Source: Moniliella sp. 'wahieum'
Lineage: Eukaryota
DNA length: 64,000 nucleotides
Direction of reading: 5' to 3'
NCBI GenBank assembly: GCA_003971905.1
Contig: RSEE01000062.1
Span: 124,001 to 188,000, forward strand
This document shows, in pieces, positions 47,347 to 61,400 of the stretch. Within the stretch, counting starts at the first letter, position 1. The number at the start of each line of letters is the position of its first letter. The notes beneath the pieces were generated by a model. That model was not told the DNA's origin. It searched no databases and worked only from the letters and a program-made list of their open reading frames with translations. The position numbers and the translations under genes are program-made.

Positions 47347-49033
47347 TCAAAGCGACTGAGCATGAGCAATCTCAGCGAGCAGCTCGCCTGCCGCCTCGCG
47401 AGTACGGTGCGAAATGGCTCAGCAATCGGCGTGAGGGAAACCACATGTTCTTCCGTCAAAGGCGCCGGAGACGCAACTGGGCGCGCCGTCTCGGCAGCAC
47501 GGCGTACAGACCATTCACCTTCTCTGATGCACCGTACTGCGCAGCGACAGAGCGACCAGAGCAAAGAGAAGCCCAGCTTCGGCCAATTTGCACTCTTCTT
47601 GCGTTTCAACCGTCACCGAGGCCGGCGCAAGCGGTGGTAGTGTGGAAGGTAGCGGGCCAACCGGCCTTGGCCTACAGCCGTCACAGGATCAGGAGAGCAG
47701 GAATTCCAAGGTTCGCCTCGGTCGCACGAACCATGGCCAAACCTTCCCGGGCCGAGGCCATGGCCCGCGAGCGCAACTGAGTCTGCCGCGCAGACGCCTC
47801 GGCACGCGTGACACCTTGTTCGTGCCATGGCCGTTCAGCCGCAAGTAGGAGCGCGTTGGTGAGCTTGTAGTACAGCACGCCGGCGTGGCACTTGGCCTCC
47901 GTGTTGGCCTCGAGTGGAGTTGGTTACGGTGCGGTCGCCAGAGAGGGGAAGCATGGCAGCAGGAGCGACCGGCAGGGCAGCCGACGACTCGGGAGAGAGA
48001 ATCAACGAGATGGCTTGGTTGTACAACTTGGCTGCGCGTTCAGGCTTGCCGTGCGAGGCGTAAAACGTAGCAAGAGACTCCATCCCCAGACCCAAGTCGG
48101 CCGTCTGGGCCCAGGTGGGAGCATCCAGTTGCTTCAGCGACGCAAATGCTTCTTGAACTGGCTTTTGCAATTGCGCATCGGCCACCAGCGAGCTGGTGTG
48201 GTCCAACGCATCGGGAGCCATGACTAGAGTGTCATGGTCTCCACCGCCCAGGTATAGTACTTCTCCGCCAGAGCATCCATGTTTGCAACTGGTTGGCTTG
48301 CGACGACGACGGAAGCACAACCAGCCCACTCGCTGCGAGATCACCCAACTTTTGCGCTAGGGCCACAGCGCGCATTTGGTCATTGGTTTGTCGTGCTAGA
48401 GGAGAGGTCGGCAAAAGCCGTCTCGTAGGCCTTGAAGGCATCGGCAGTGCGGCCACCCTGTTCCAAAGCAGAAGCACGAGCGAGCGAAATAGCAGCGAGC
48501 TTGGTCCGCACCTCCTCCTCCGTCGCTCCCAAACGCGTGGCAAAGCTACTGGAGCTAGCTGCCTTGCGAGCTGCCGACTCAGCCTGGGTGTAGAAGGCAA
48601 CAGCTGCAACAAAGTCACCGTGGCGCTCCGCACGAGCGGCCTCACGTAGCTCTTGCCGCACCGAGGCAGGCCAAGGCGTGCCGAGCAGACGGTTGACATC
48701 CACCGCTCCAGTCAGGTCGAGGGCAAGGGGCACACCAATGACTGGGGGAGGGGGGCAAGGGGGTCAGCATGCTGCGCTTTCAAAATGTGGGAAGGGGGTT
48801 ATCATCTCAGGACGTACAGAGCAGCGGCAATGCGCCACTTGTTAGCGCCCGTTTGGGACTGGGTGTGGGTCCACGAGCCAGACGCGTGCTGCTCGCCAAA
48901 GGCGGGGGCGATGGCGAGACGGGGCGGGAGGAGCCAAAGTAGCGGGGAGCCGGGGGCGTCTGGGCGTGGGGATGGTGGGGGTGCGGAGGGTGCGCAGGAG
49001 ACGCGGGGCGAGGCGGGAGGTGGTGGGGTGCAT
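47347..49033 (-). CDS. TPR-like helical protein with Arg-rich N-terminal presequence (possibly mitochondrial Mgr3-like); frameshifted
   Basis: MHPTTSRLAPRLLRTLRT start; WPASVRQELREAARAE...AVAFYTQA; KLAAISLARASALEQGG...AFKAYETA; MESLATFYASHGKPERAAKLYNQAISL. Mgr3 assignment is a recollection-level guess. Confidence 0.55.
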
Positions 49034-51120
49034 GGCGAGACGGGGGGGGCTAGGTGGGGGGTGGACTGTGGACGGCGGCGGAGGGGGCGAATATATACGG
49101 CCAGCGGTCATCGAGACGAGATGTGCAATGTGAGGATCTGAATCTGGTATATCTGAATGGATCGGACAGCGACGATGTGGATGAGCACGAGGATGGATGG
49201 GGTGGACGCAAGGGTGAATGCGGGGGGCGAGCGCGACGATGCAGGGGGCAGCTAGTGCTTTGTTCTAATCGCGCTGGCTGCCGGGTCGTGCTGGGGCAGC
49301 CGGCCAGTGTCCTGCCTGCTGTTTCACCCTGCGCACCTTGCTGTGCCCCGTGGCACGCAGACCAGCGCGACGGCAGCGGGCGGCGCGCAGCCCCACTGTG
49401 ACGTCGTCAGAACGCGTCGCTCTGCATCACACACCCAGCCCCGCACACGGGCAGTGTATGTGATGCTCGGCGGGGTGTGAAACCGGTGGACCAGCACCTG
49501 AAAGTTTGATGCGTTTGGTGCTGGGCCAGCCAGCCCGGCGGAGCGCGACGAAAGCAGCGCCCATGGCCCCCCCACGACCCCCGCCACGACGCCCACCCCC
49601 ACCACCAGCACGATGTAGCCTTTGAAATCTGACCCTTCCTCACTGTTCAAGTTCACCACGTTCATCGCTCAACTGGCACTGAACTTTCCAGGAGTACTGC
49701 AAGCTAGCTTCAACACGTCACGACGTCGTTTGGCGTCATGCGATGGCCATATGTGCACAGTGTCGATCAGACCGTCTGATCGTCGGGACTGTGGACGCCA
49801 ATCGTCGTCCGTATCCGTGACGACAGCGTCCTGGAAAGCAATGCGCCCTTAGGCCTTAGGCCTTATGGTACTTTTTGATGCTGTGGTCAGATTGACAAGT
49901 TGGCATCATCTGGGGGAGAGGCAGTCTCTCGACCCATGGTGTAGGTGTAGTTGGAGGACGGTGGTGCAGTCATACCCGCACTATAGACCACTTCCCAACC
50001 CAACTTGAACAGACCAACATCGTCAGCACGTGACCAACCAGTGTTCGTAGTGACGCTACTAGTAGTGACGTCCACAGTGGGTTTCCTCACTTGCATTCTC
50101 CACCCCTTATCGCCCTGCTGCTGGATGAGCCTCATCGATCATCGCTGAGCCAGCTATAAACGTTAAACGCTCAGGCTGAGCCTGGATGAACGCACTGTGG
50201 CTTGTCCTGTCATTTCATATTGGATCGGTTGGACCCCTATATGGCTCACCCCTGACGAAATACGAAAAACCAAAACGAAATATAACCCCCGCCGAGAGGG
50301 GAAGAACATGGATCAAAGTCTTTTTTTTAGTCGTAGATACTGATCGACAAGGAATAGATAGACAACGTAACGAAGAAAAAGGGACAATGAACTAAGACGC
50401 TTACGCCTCCGATCTCTACTGCCCTCACAGACAGAGGAGCACACAAACCAAAAGTCCAAGTAGCAAAAGAAAGCTTCCAGCACTCAACCAGGACCGGAAG
50501 AGTCAAACCCACAGCAGTGGCGCGTGACAGTCACGCTTGCCGGGCCACCTCTGTCTTGTATGCACTGGGCCTGATCACCCCTGCCTGAGGCCTGACTAGT
50601 AGTCAGACAGTGACTCCTACGCTATGTACACCAGCCAGTCTACCGGGAAAAAACAAAAAAGAAGAAGAAACCACCCACGCTTCAAGGTAAATGGACAGAG
50701 AAGGCACGGGGAAGGCACGAGTGGAGAGGGAGATATAGGAGGATACAGCAAGCAGGGCTGGGGTAAAGTTTAAAGACAGAAGAGAGAAGAGAGAAGGGGG
50801 AAGAGGGAAGAAGGAAACGAGTGATGAGCTGTCGTCGCGCCCCCAATCACGAATGACAAGACGGAGCGGGAGACACGATGAAGCGTGACGCGAGAGAAGT
50901 GACAAGTCAAGCCCAGCGGGAATCTAGTTATTCCGAGGTCAGAATCCTTAAGGAAACCACATGAACCTCTCCATTGCAAAATGGTTGGTGCACCCCTGTG
51001 TAATGCGCGCACCAGGCCCAGAATCGAACATAGTCCAACAGGAGACTGAACAGAACGAGCAGAACTGAACTGAACGAAACTGAAATGAACCGAAAGGAAC
51101 ATTCTTCTTCACACCCTCGT

Positions 51121-52263
51121 TTAGTCTTTCCGGCTCAAGTCGCCAGCGGGAAGGATCATGATGGATTTTCGGCCGTGACGATGCCTGTGGCGGCCGTGTA
51201 AAAAGCACAGGCGGCACACAAAGATGCCAAATGCCGCCTGCCGTGCCGAGGTGGGCATTGCCAGAAAAGTAGTGGCAAAACACATCAAAAACGTAACCGT
51301 CAGCGAGGTAAAGACGCAGACCAGCGCTACCGACGCTCGCAACGTCGCCAGCATCAGAATAAACGTCACGATAAACCATGTGGCGAGGAAAATGCCAATA
51401 CTCGAATCCAGTTCGGCGGGCGACAGTGCCGCCCCAATACCAAACCATGGAATGAAAATCATTGCAAAGCTCATCCAGAAGCTTCCGTACTGTATGTAGA
51501 GAGGCACGGGAAAAGAAAAGAAACCAGTCAGGGGATGCACATATGCAGAAGGAACAGTGGTGGGGAAGAGACGTACCATGCAAAACGCCGTGGCGCCAAA
51601 GGTGTTGCCTGCCAAGGAGAGGGAGAAAAAACAGGGAAAAAGGTGAGTGATTCTATCCTATTCTACTCTGACGGATGCACATACCCGATGCAAACTCCCA
51701 AAGACCGGCAGCAAACTGGGCCAAGCCACCCGTGGCCAAGGCAGGGGCAACAATGAAGTTGGCGTGTTCAATGCCACGCGCACCAACGTTAAAGAGCGAC
51801 AGGATAAAGGTGGTGCTGGCAAAGCCCATTAGTCCCAGAGGTGCTGGGTTGGCAAACTTGCTGTGGTATCATATTAGGCCGAGGCAAGAATGCAGGCAGG
51901 AATCATCAGTCAGATCGCGCTCTGTCTGGAACTGGGACGGATAAAGCAAAGCCCGGGGGCAGAGCAAACCATAATATACGTACCGATGGTATACGGGAAA
52001 CGCCGGCTGGGACGTATCAACGGCATGGCCTCCGGCTGGGATGAAAAGGAAGAGAGGCAACTAAGGGGTCAGGCCACGCACGCCTACCAGCAAGCGGAGA
52101 GGCCGAGGGAGGGGAGACAAGACGCACGAGTAAGGCTGCGCAGAAGGGGAGGGAAGACGGAGGAGCGGGTGGCGGGGGCTTCCTCTACATCGCTGGTGGG
52201 GTTGCTGGTGGTGTGCAGGTTGATTGATCTGCCTTGTTCATCTTTGTGCTGGCTGTTGCTCAT
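51121..52263 (-). CDS. GPR1/FUN34/YaaH (Ady2/Ato) acetate/ammonia transporter; several introns
   Basis: GGHAVDTSQPAFPVYHR; KFANPAPLGLMGFASTTFILSLFN; GGLAQFAAGLWEF; GNTFGATAF; YGSFWMSFA; IGIFLATWFIVTF. Confidence 0.92.
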
Positions 52264-53884
52264 GGGGGGCAGGAAGGGGGGCGGTGGGGAGGACGGAGAA
52301 GGTGGTGGATGTGGGGCGGGTGCTGCACAGACACGGGGGTGGAAAATATATACAGAAAGCGGGGGAGGGGATGCGGATCGGGATGGGTGGGGGGCAGTGT
52401 CGTCTGTGGCTGGCGTGAGGCGAGAGGCATGCATAATGGGGTGTGCGCTGGAGCGAGGAGGGATGATCGATGGCGTTTGAGACTGGCATGCAGCATGCAA
52501 GGGCCAGCACAGGCACGTGCGTGCGGTGTGAGGCAGGCCCCCGCACACCCAGTCTCGGCAGTAGTCAGAGGGCGACCAGAGTAGGGGTGCGCCCTGCCGC
52601 AGAAGAAACATCCACACCTCTTCTGCAGCCAGTGCTCGCCTGGCCTTGCCTGGGCCTGGTCTCTGTCGCTTGCCCCACGCCAGCACCGATGGCAGGCAGC
52701 TGGGCCTGAGGCCTCAGCCTGAGGCCTGATGCCTGGCCCTGCCCGGTCCTACCAGACTCTGCCCCACCCCCAGCCGCACGCCTCACTGGCCCCGTGCCGC
52801 CCCCTTCCCTGCCCCAGCGCGCCAGGCACACACTCCCCCCCCCCCAAGCCGGCGGCTTTAGTGCGCCAAATCGCACGGCGTGGCGTCTGGCACTGCGCCA
52901 GTGTCCTGCACCGCGTGGGGTTACGCGCGTTAAGAGCGCCCAGCACCACAGCGCACCCAACCACCCTGTGCCTTACTCAGTACTCATTGCTCTGAATGCT
53001 TGGACGTCTCACCTCAACCCCCACAAGCACACCGAGTGCCCCACACTGCTGCCCCCCCATTCTGTCCGGCCCCAACACTACATATGTCTCGTATCATATA
53101 CAAGGAGGACCACCGGGCCTACGCCCCGGTCAGCTGGGGCCGAAGCCCCAGCTGCCGTTCCCCTTCACCACCGTAGCCACCGTTCCCCGCTGGAGAGGAA
53201 CATAATATCACCGATGCATGCGGGTGGGCAGGAACGTGGCACCGGTCGCTGATGTAAAAGCGTGCAGATCGGGGGATTCGCAATGTTATCTGTTGGCTAC
53301 TAAGTCTCAGTGGAAATGGTTCCTCGCTCGGATGTCAACCACGTTCCTCCTGTCCACACGCGCTTCCTAGGGTACGGGACCGGATGGCGAGAACCGGAGG
53401 GTCCTGATATCTAGAGATCAATGTCTTTCTCCACCCCATTCATTCCCCCCCCGCTGACCATGGCCACAGGACATGGATCGTCGCCTGGTGCCTGGGCGTC
53501 TCCTCCCTCGATCGAATGCCAAGCCACCGCGCACACGCACACTGGCATCGAAATCATTCATCCAAGCTTATTGAGCACACACGACACTCAGCTACTGACC
53601 ATGCCATGCATCATGCATCATGCATCATGCATCACCCCAACCTTTTACTGCCTCACTCGCACCGCAGCAACACCTTCTCCCCTGCCGTAGAACGTCAGGC
53701 CTAGGCATCTTTTTGTTAGGTAGTCCATCCTCCCCTCTCCCGCTTGACTACTCTGTACTCAGCTGAGCACTCTGACTTCTTTCCCCTTCGCCCTCCGCTT
53801 CCTTTTTTTCTTTCTTTCCCTTTCCTTTTCCTTTCCTCTTCACAGACAGATTCACCACTTTGGCCGCCACACCAACCGACTACC

Positions 53885-54012
53885 CGCCCAACCACAACAA
53901 CCGCAACCACAACCGCAACCACAACCGCAACGCAACCGCAACCACAACCCAATGTGGTCGCATTGAAGGCCAATTCAATTCAACATTTCACCATTCACCA
54001 TTCACCATTCAA
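53885..54012 (+). repeat. Microsatellites (ACAACC/GCAACC)n and (TCACCAT)n
   Basis: Direct reading of tandem hexamer and heptamer units. Confidence 0.8.
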
Positions 54013-54246
54013 CGTTGTCGCGTTCCTTTTTCTTGCACTTTTCCCTTCCCCCCCGCGACCCCTTCCCCATCCCCCGCGTTTCTCTCATCTCTGCGGCTCG
54101 TCGCTTTTTGGCCCACCTCACGCCCCTCTTTGTTCACACAAGGACCTAACCCCAACCCGACCGCCGCAACCGAAGAGCAGGCGTAGGAGGCGTAGCAGGG
54201 ACAGCGCACCATCAAGCGCAGACACGAGCCAAACGCAAGGTACCAC

Positions 54247-54312
54247 TGGGGCTGGGGACTGGGGACCGAGGACTGGGGACCGAGGACTGGGGTCCGGGGA
54301 CCGAGGACGGGG
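54247..54312 (+). repeat. 7/14-bp G-rich tandem repeat (GGGGACC-GAGGACT)
   Basis: ggggact ggggacc gaggact ggggacc gaggact ggggtcc ggggacc gaggacg. Confidence 0.8.
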
Positions 54313-55251
54313 AACTCTTTTTCCCTGATCTGATGAACCGCGCTGCGACGGGCGTGTGGTGGAGCGTGGGTGGAATGTGGGGAGCAAGTGGGTGATAGGG
54401 GGGGTAGCAAGTCGGGAAGAACAGAGGGGGAAAGGGAGGGCGGGGCGAGGAGGGAAGAGGAAAGGGGGCAAGGAGGCTAGATCAGGAAAAGGGAAAGGGA
54501 AAGAACAGGGAAGGGTCACGTGGTACACAAAGCAAAGCGATGGCGTACAAAGCATGGCACACACAAAATGGCACACAAAGGATGGCACACACAAAGGGGG
54601 GGGGGGCAAGATAAAAGAATGCAATGCCACGCGATGCGGCTGGGCCCGAGGTTGGGACCAAAGAGGGGACCAGGGAGGGCAGGAGAGGGGAGATGGACAG
54701 GGATGGACAGGGGTAAGGGGGGAAGCAACAGGGAGAGGGATGAGGGGCAGAAGAGGGGCGAGGGAGAGGGGCAGAAGAGGGGGAGAAGAGGGGCAGAAGA
54801 GGGGACAGGGAGAGGCGTCCGAACGAGCAACGAAACGAAACGACACGAAAGGGGTACTCACGTCGGCCACATGCAAAGCAAAGCAAAGCAAAGCAAAGCC
54901 CCGACCCGGACCAAAACGGGACCAAGAAACTAAAAAACACACCAGAAACCGAAACCCAATAGGCAAGAAGCACAGCGGAACACCCAGGAGAACGTAGGCC
55001 AAAGGGGGAGGGAGAGGGGGAGGAGTGGCCATGAGATAATTGCGCAAGCGACGACCGACACCAACACTTGTCCTCCTCGTCCGGGGGGCGCGTGGGGGGG
55101 GGGGGGGGGGGGCAACAGACAATTAATCGTACGCACCCCTCCCTCCCTTTCCCATTCGTTGTCTTGCGCTGTTGCTCTGGTCCCAGCGGTACCCCGCCGC
55201 GTCGCACGCACTCGTCGTACGTTTACTTTTACTGTTACTTTCTTCTTTCCC

Positions 55252-58200
55252 TTACTCTTCGTCGCCATGGGTGGAGGGTAATGCACTCGAACCCCGAAAA
55301 GGGATTGTTCGAGTCGGGTGTGAAGCGCGCATCGCCATCTGTGCCGGGTAACGAATCGCCAAGTGAGAAGGGAGGGGCTTTTCCCCTTGGGCGCCTGACG
55401 AACCCGCAGACCCGCCCGGTCCTACTCCTACCCCTACCCCCATTCCCAGTCCTAAGCTCGACCCGGACCCGAGGGCGGGGGCAGAAGCTAGCCCCGACCG
55501 GCCGACGTGCCCGACCCCACGGAACCAGGCATGGTATGCGGATGCGCCATGCGCGCTTGCGCTTGTGCTTCCAGCGCTGCAATCACCTCGGCTGGTGTGG
55601 GGGGGATAATGGGCGGTTGTCGGTTACGCAGTAACCCCCAGTTGATCGATGCGAACCATCGGTGTTCCTTGACTTCCGACGCACCCGTCACCGAACCCAG
55701 CCGACGCGTCTCATCTTTGATCAGGAGTTTCTTGATTAAACTTTTACCTGATTGGGAGAGTGCCGGGCTTACGTGGCCATGGCTCGTGCCGGATCCCACG
55801 CCAGAGCCCACATGGTCCGGGAAGATCACGTCGCGCTTGAGGACATTGGAAAAAGTCCCGTTGCGCGAAGATCCTTTGAATGGTGTCGTCGCATACACCA
55901 TTTCGTAAATCAAGATTCCTAGTGTCCACCAGTCCACGGCCGAGGTGTGGCCACACCCCTTGATCACCTCGGGCGCAATGTACTCCTCCGTACCGACAAA
56001 CGAGTTGGTACGTAAATCCCCAATGCACGAACGTGTATCCACAATTGGCACACTGTTCGGTGTAGCTTGCCGGATCACCGCAGGCTCGCCCCCACGCGTA
56101 CCGGCTCGCGCGGAAAGATCAAAGTCCGAAAGCATCACGTGGCCCGATTCGTGCAGCAGAATGTTTTCGGGCTTGAGGTCGCGGTAGATAAAGCCCATTA
56201 AGTGCAGGTACTCCAGTGCAGCAGTTACTTCTGCCGCGTAGAAAACGCGCATCGTCCTCGGCTAAACATTTGCCCGGAAGCGATTGCAGCGCACGGAAAA
56301 ATTCCCCTCCGACACAGTACTCCATACAGAGGTACAGGTACTCTTCCGATTGGAAACTGTGGTACAGCGTCACGATAAAGGGTGGTTGAGCGACGCGAGG
56401 ATCTCTTGCTCGGCCAAAACTCGCTTGATCTTGTTCCGCTTGATCATCTCCTTCTTGCTCAACACTGCAGCGCAAAATTCAACCATAGATGGAGATGGAA
56501 GATGAAGATGGAGATGGAAAGCAGAAGCATAAGAAGAGGGGTGAGTTAGCTCAACTCAATCAGTATACCAACCGGGGAACGGGAGGGACAACGCACCTTT
56601 CATCGCATACAACTTTTCCGACTTCTTCTCGCGCACGAGGTAAACCTTACCCACATCGCCTTTACCAAGCAACTTGATCTTATTGAACGACCCGGGGCCC
56701 ACCTCCGTCGCAGACACCTTGATTGACGAAGCCGAGTACGTCCGACGCCCTACGCCAGTTGGAAGCGCACTGGCCGGACGCGCTAGGCCCAACCCAGCAA
56801 CCGAGGTCGAACTCCCACCTGCAACACCTGACGAATGCACCCCATTCGGCCCTGATAACGGTAAGTACCCACCGACGACGCACGTGGATCTTCCCCCCCA
56901 ATGCGACGGCGACCGAGGAGTTGACCCCGTGCGGATCTGGCAAAATGCACAAGAGACAATCAGGTCAGATGCGGAGCCGGACACAGAGAGAGCAAGTGAC
57001 CAAGTAAACTAGTGAACTAGGACCCGGCGACAGGACACGCAGTAGCCACGTCGGTACACGTAACAGGGACAAGGACAAGGGCAAGGAACGAACCAAGAGA
57101 ACCTTTGCGCTTCGGACGGGATTTGAACGGATCAGTTTATCTTTAAACGCACGGTTGCGCCACGGACGCCAGCGTAGCACTAAACCCTCCCGACCGTTTC
57201 GTCTCGCCTGACCCGGACGCCGAGACAGTCGTCAATGGAGAACCGGCAGTCGCGGGTCTTGTCCCTGGACTCGCCGTCGCCGTCGCAGTTGCACTCGCCG
57301 TACCACCCGGTGAAGACCGAGGCGGGTGCGTGCCACCGTGGACTAAGTTGGCAAAGGATGAAATGGAGTGTTGCGCTTCAATGGCGGTGGGGCTGCACCT
57401 GCACCGGAATGGGTACCCGTGCGCGAACCGGATCGGGACACGCTGCGCAAAAACCCATTACCACTCTTCTTGTGCGGCTCAAAGTCTTGCGAACTGAAAC
57501 TCAGCGCATTCCCATTCATCGGCACGTTCGAGCCCGTAAACGTAGGCCAGCGTTGCAGTTCCGCACCGGTAGTGCTGTTGTCTGACGATCCCGGGGACCG
57601 CGCATCGGCATGCCAACTCGGTTGAGAGAGAGATTGGAACGGGCGCAACGGGCGGAAGCGAAGGGTGGGCAGGCGAGGTGGGAGATACAGACGGAGACAC
57701 GGGTCCCAGAACTTCAACTGTATCGTTATCCTCTCCATTGCTGGTATGGGTGAACTGTTCGCCGTGGCCACCGCGCTCGCCACGGGGCGGGGGAGAGCGG
57801 CCGTGCGCCTGCGCCTGTGGGTGGGACGGGGACGGGGACGGGGATGGGGACTGGGACATGGAAAGTGCAGCATTAAATATGCGCAGTTGCTCGTCGTGCT
57901 CGCTGGCTGGGACGGGCAAGTGAGGTGCCGAAGGAGACCGGAAGAGCGCGTGGGCGTCAGGCATGGACGTGGGCCGGCGCAGAGCGGTGCAGGACTAGCG
58001 GGGCTGGGCAGTAAAGTCCGATGGGGCCGGTTGGTCGGCGGAAGAGGGTGGGCTAGGCCGGTCCGAGAGCGTGCCAGAGCTAGAGCCGGCCGAGGAAGCT
58101 AGTGTCGAAGGAGGGGCCGAGGGGGGAAGAACTGCGACGCCCGTGTGGATCACGTGCGGCACGGGCACGGCCACGGGCGGGTTGGTTGGATGTCGCAGTG

Positions 58201-58419
58201 GCGGTTGGCTGGGTCAGCATCTGGGGCGGGATGGCGAGATGGGCGGGCGGAGGCACGCGGCGCGCAGAAACGGCAGCAGCAGGCGCGCGACGGGCCAGGC
58301 CCAGGACGGAACGCCATTTCTTGCTTGTGGGCGGCGCCGAGGTGGGCGGCGGGGAGGTGGGGAAGAGGGGAAGGACGAGGCGGTGGCGGGGACGGATACG
58401 GCGAGTGGGTACCCATCAT
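55252..58419 (-). CDS. AGC Ser/Thr kinase, Nrc-2/Fpk1/Kin82 family; intron ~56466-56596; start approximate; frameshifted
   Basis: [11 protein letters not shown]...[84 protein letters not shown]-terminal [16 protein letters not shown]. Confidence 0.93.
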
Positions 58420-61400
58420 GGTGGGGGAGGGGGAGGAGCAGGAGCAGGAGGAGGTGCAGAGGAGGTGCAGAGGAGGTGCAGAGGAGGAGGAGGAGGGGCA
58501 AGTGCAAGTGCACGCACAGGAGACAGCGCAGAGGGAGGCGGTGGAGGAGGGGACGGGTGGGGCGGGGCGGGGCAAAGGGGTGGAAAGGAGGGCTATGGCG
58601 ACATGCAAGTGTGGCTGTCGGCGGGACGCAGCAGGAGCGAGCTGGGGCGTGCTGCGGTGTGCTGCGGTGCTCGGGGGGCTGGGGGGCTGGGGGGGCTGCT
58701 GCGCGAGCAGTGACCATCACCCCCCGCGCTGCTGCCCCCGTGCTGCCCGCTGCACTGCTGCACTGCCGCCCTGCGCCCTGTTGCCCGCGCCACCGCGCAG
58801 CGGCGCAGTGGGTGGTCGCACACGGCCGCTGGCGCCAGGCGGGTGGTCATGCAGGCGGGGGGGCAGTGCGTGCCGCGCCAGCACGCTCGGCCGACCCACA
58901 CTGCCCGCGGGCGAGCGGGCGCAGCGGGAGCTAGTGGGCGTTGCCACTCGCCTGCCCTGTCCCATGCCCCATGTCACATGTCACGCTGACTACTAGCTAC
59001 GCAACTCAGCGCTGAGTTCCCAGCTGGATGCGAGTGTGTGGGATGGGTGGTCGAGACGATGGGTGATCGGGGGGCCACACCGCCCACAGGCCAGCTGCCG
59101 CGGTTTGACAATGTGACATGCATGACACATGTGTGCCACCCCCGCGCCCCTCCGCCCACACCCACCACCCTCCATCACCCGTCCCGCCCAACTCAGACGC
59201 CGACTCGAGACCAGACCAAACCACACACAACGCTGGTGCGCCTATCACACCATCTGTTTCCGCCCGTGGTCCACATGCTGTTCACCTTGGACCATCGGAC
59301 TCTAACCGCGAGATGGGGACCACCGACAATCGGCTGATGGACCCCATATGCATCCTCGGGTGCGTTCTGTATTGACACTGGCAAAGAGAGGAGATATTAG
59401 GATTGCAGAAGAGATGGCTTTTTGTCTTCCGATAGCACATCATTGATGGTGTGCATATGGCTCACAAGAGAACCAACAGAAGCTCAGGCTCACCAGAAGA
59501 AGGCTATAGGCTTACCGCTCAGCGCTGAGTCCCCCTTGAACCTGCCACAGCACACTCAGCTCAGGCTGAGTCGGGATCGGTCCCCCGTACGCCCGCACGC
59601 CCCGCTTGAAGCTTGAAGCTTGGAGGTTGAAGCGTTCTCACGTGAGTTCATGCATCCTCAAGTCCATTATGACATCTTTTTCTCCGGGTCCCACCACTTG
59701 GACGAGGTGGTGGGATCTCCCGTCTCCTTTCCACGTCTGTCTTGGGTCACAATCCGCCCATCCACCTCGCGAGGGTGGACCGGGGGCGGGGAGAAGGATT
59801 AGCGCTGAGCCTTGTACCATCTGTCCTTGTATCGTGGGTCTTGTACCCTCCCTGGAGCTTCGGTAGTCGCTAGTCAGTACTCAGTAGTCGCATGCTCCAC
59901 TGTCACATGCATGTCACATGCATACCCGTCCGGCGTCACCGCGTCACCCGTCACCCGTCCCAACAGACAACGGCAACAGGTCACCGGTAAGATCTAAGAT
60001 CTAAGATGGGACCAACTGATTGGTCATCGATCGCTCATCGATCACTATCAATATCTATCTCAGTATCACAAGAGGCGCTAGTGATTAAGATTCGACGCTT
60101 CGAGGATCGGTGATCGAGCGGATCGATGATGTGGATGAGGCTTGCAGCTTAGACGCGCTACGAGCAAGGGACGGGCCGGCAGGCGGGCACTAGGGCACAC
60201 TTGGGCACACTTGGGCGCGAGGCGCGCGGCCGGTGGAGCGTGAAAGCTTGCGCATCGAAATGAATATTGAAGCAGTTAAAATTGCAACATTGTAGTGAAG
60301 CTCTTTTGAAGCTTGAATGGGGTGCAGGGACGCAGCGCATGGAATCGTTCCCTCTACCCCCATCGACCGTCTGTACTCAGGACATCAGCACCATTAGTAC
60401 TGGGACTCAGTACAGCCGTACAACCGCGCGCTTTCCCTATGCTCTGTTCCATTCGCCCGCTCACGTTGATCCATCGAGGTATCCTATTAAGTACTCTGCA
60501 ATGAGAGAGATTGAGGCGATCGCCGGCGACGCCTGTGTTGTGGTTTTTGTTCTTGGCCGCGCAGCAATAGGTTAGGGCAACAGGAGTTAACTGGGAAAAT
60601 GATTTTACGCTCTCGCATACGATAGATTGAACTTTCCTTCCCCCTTGCGCCCTCTCCGTCTCCACCTCCTTCGTCATCTTCATCTTCATCTTCATCTCTA
60701 TCGTACTTCGTCTCTCCTTTCTCCTTATGTGTCTCCTTCTTTTCCCCTTCCAGTGTGCTGGAAGACTCGTAGCCCTCACTGCTTCTTTCTATTTTTTGCC
60801 TTGATGGATGGCACCTCACTATATCCATCTAGTTCTGCTCTTCATGGAAGGCGCCTCGTTCATGGGGATACACGCAGCGTATATATCTGCCTCTCTTCGG
60901 AGACCTATATCCACCTACCCTCTTCAAGTACCTCACCTCGTCCTTGCCAGTGAATCAGCCTCCCCAGCTCCAGTTTGGAACCCGTTTTCATCATAGCCAC
61001 TTGATCATGCCGCGCTTACGATGCAGGATCGCTGCTTTCACCGACAAGGTATGGGTTCCTTCTCGTGGTCGAACTAACAACCCCGCCCCCTGGTTTTCCC
61101 GATCCATCTCCCCATCTCCCCATCCCTCGACCCATCTCCCGACCCATCTCCCCTCCCGCATTTACATCTACCGCTACTGACCAGAGCGAGGGCGGCGAAG
61201 GATTTGTTACTGCATGCGCCAGAGCGTGGACTGCGAGTCGACGGCGTGGAACTTGGGCGGGGCTCGGATCGGTTGGACGGCGGAGCGGAGGGACAAGGAC
61301 GCACCGAGCACCCAGAACCCAAGGGCAAAACGAGGGTCCAGGGGAGAAAAGGGAAACGGCGGGGAAGGGTAGAGAAAACGAGAAAGAGAAAGAGAGGAAG

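Noticed and set aside
55094..55112. Poly-G tract (19 nt) as a functional G-quadruplex
   Set aside because: G/C homopolymers are common across the window and their lengths are unreliable in this assembly.
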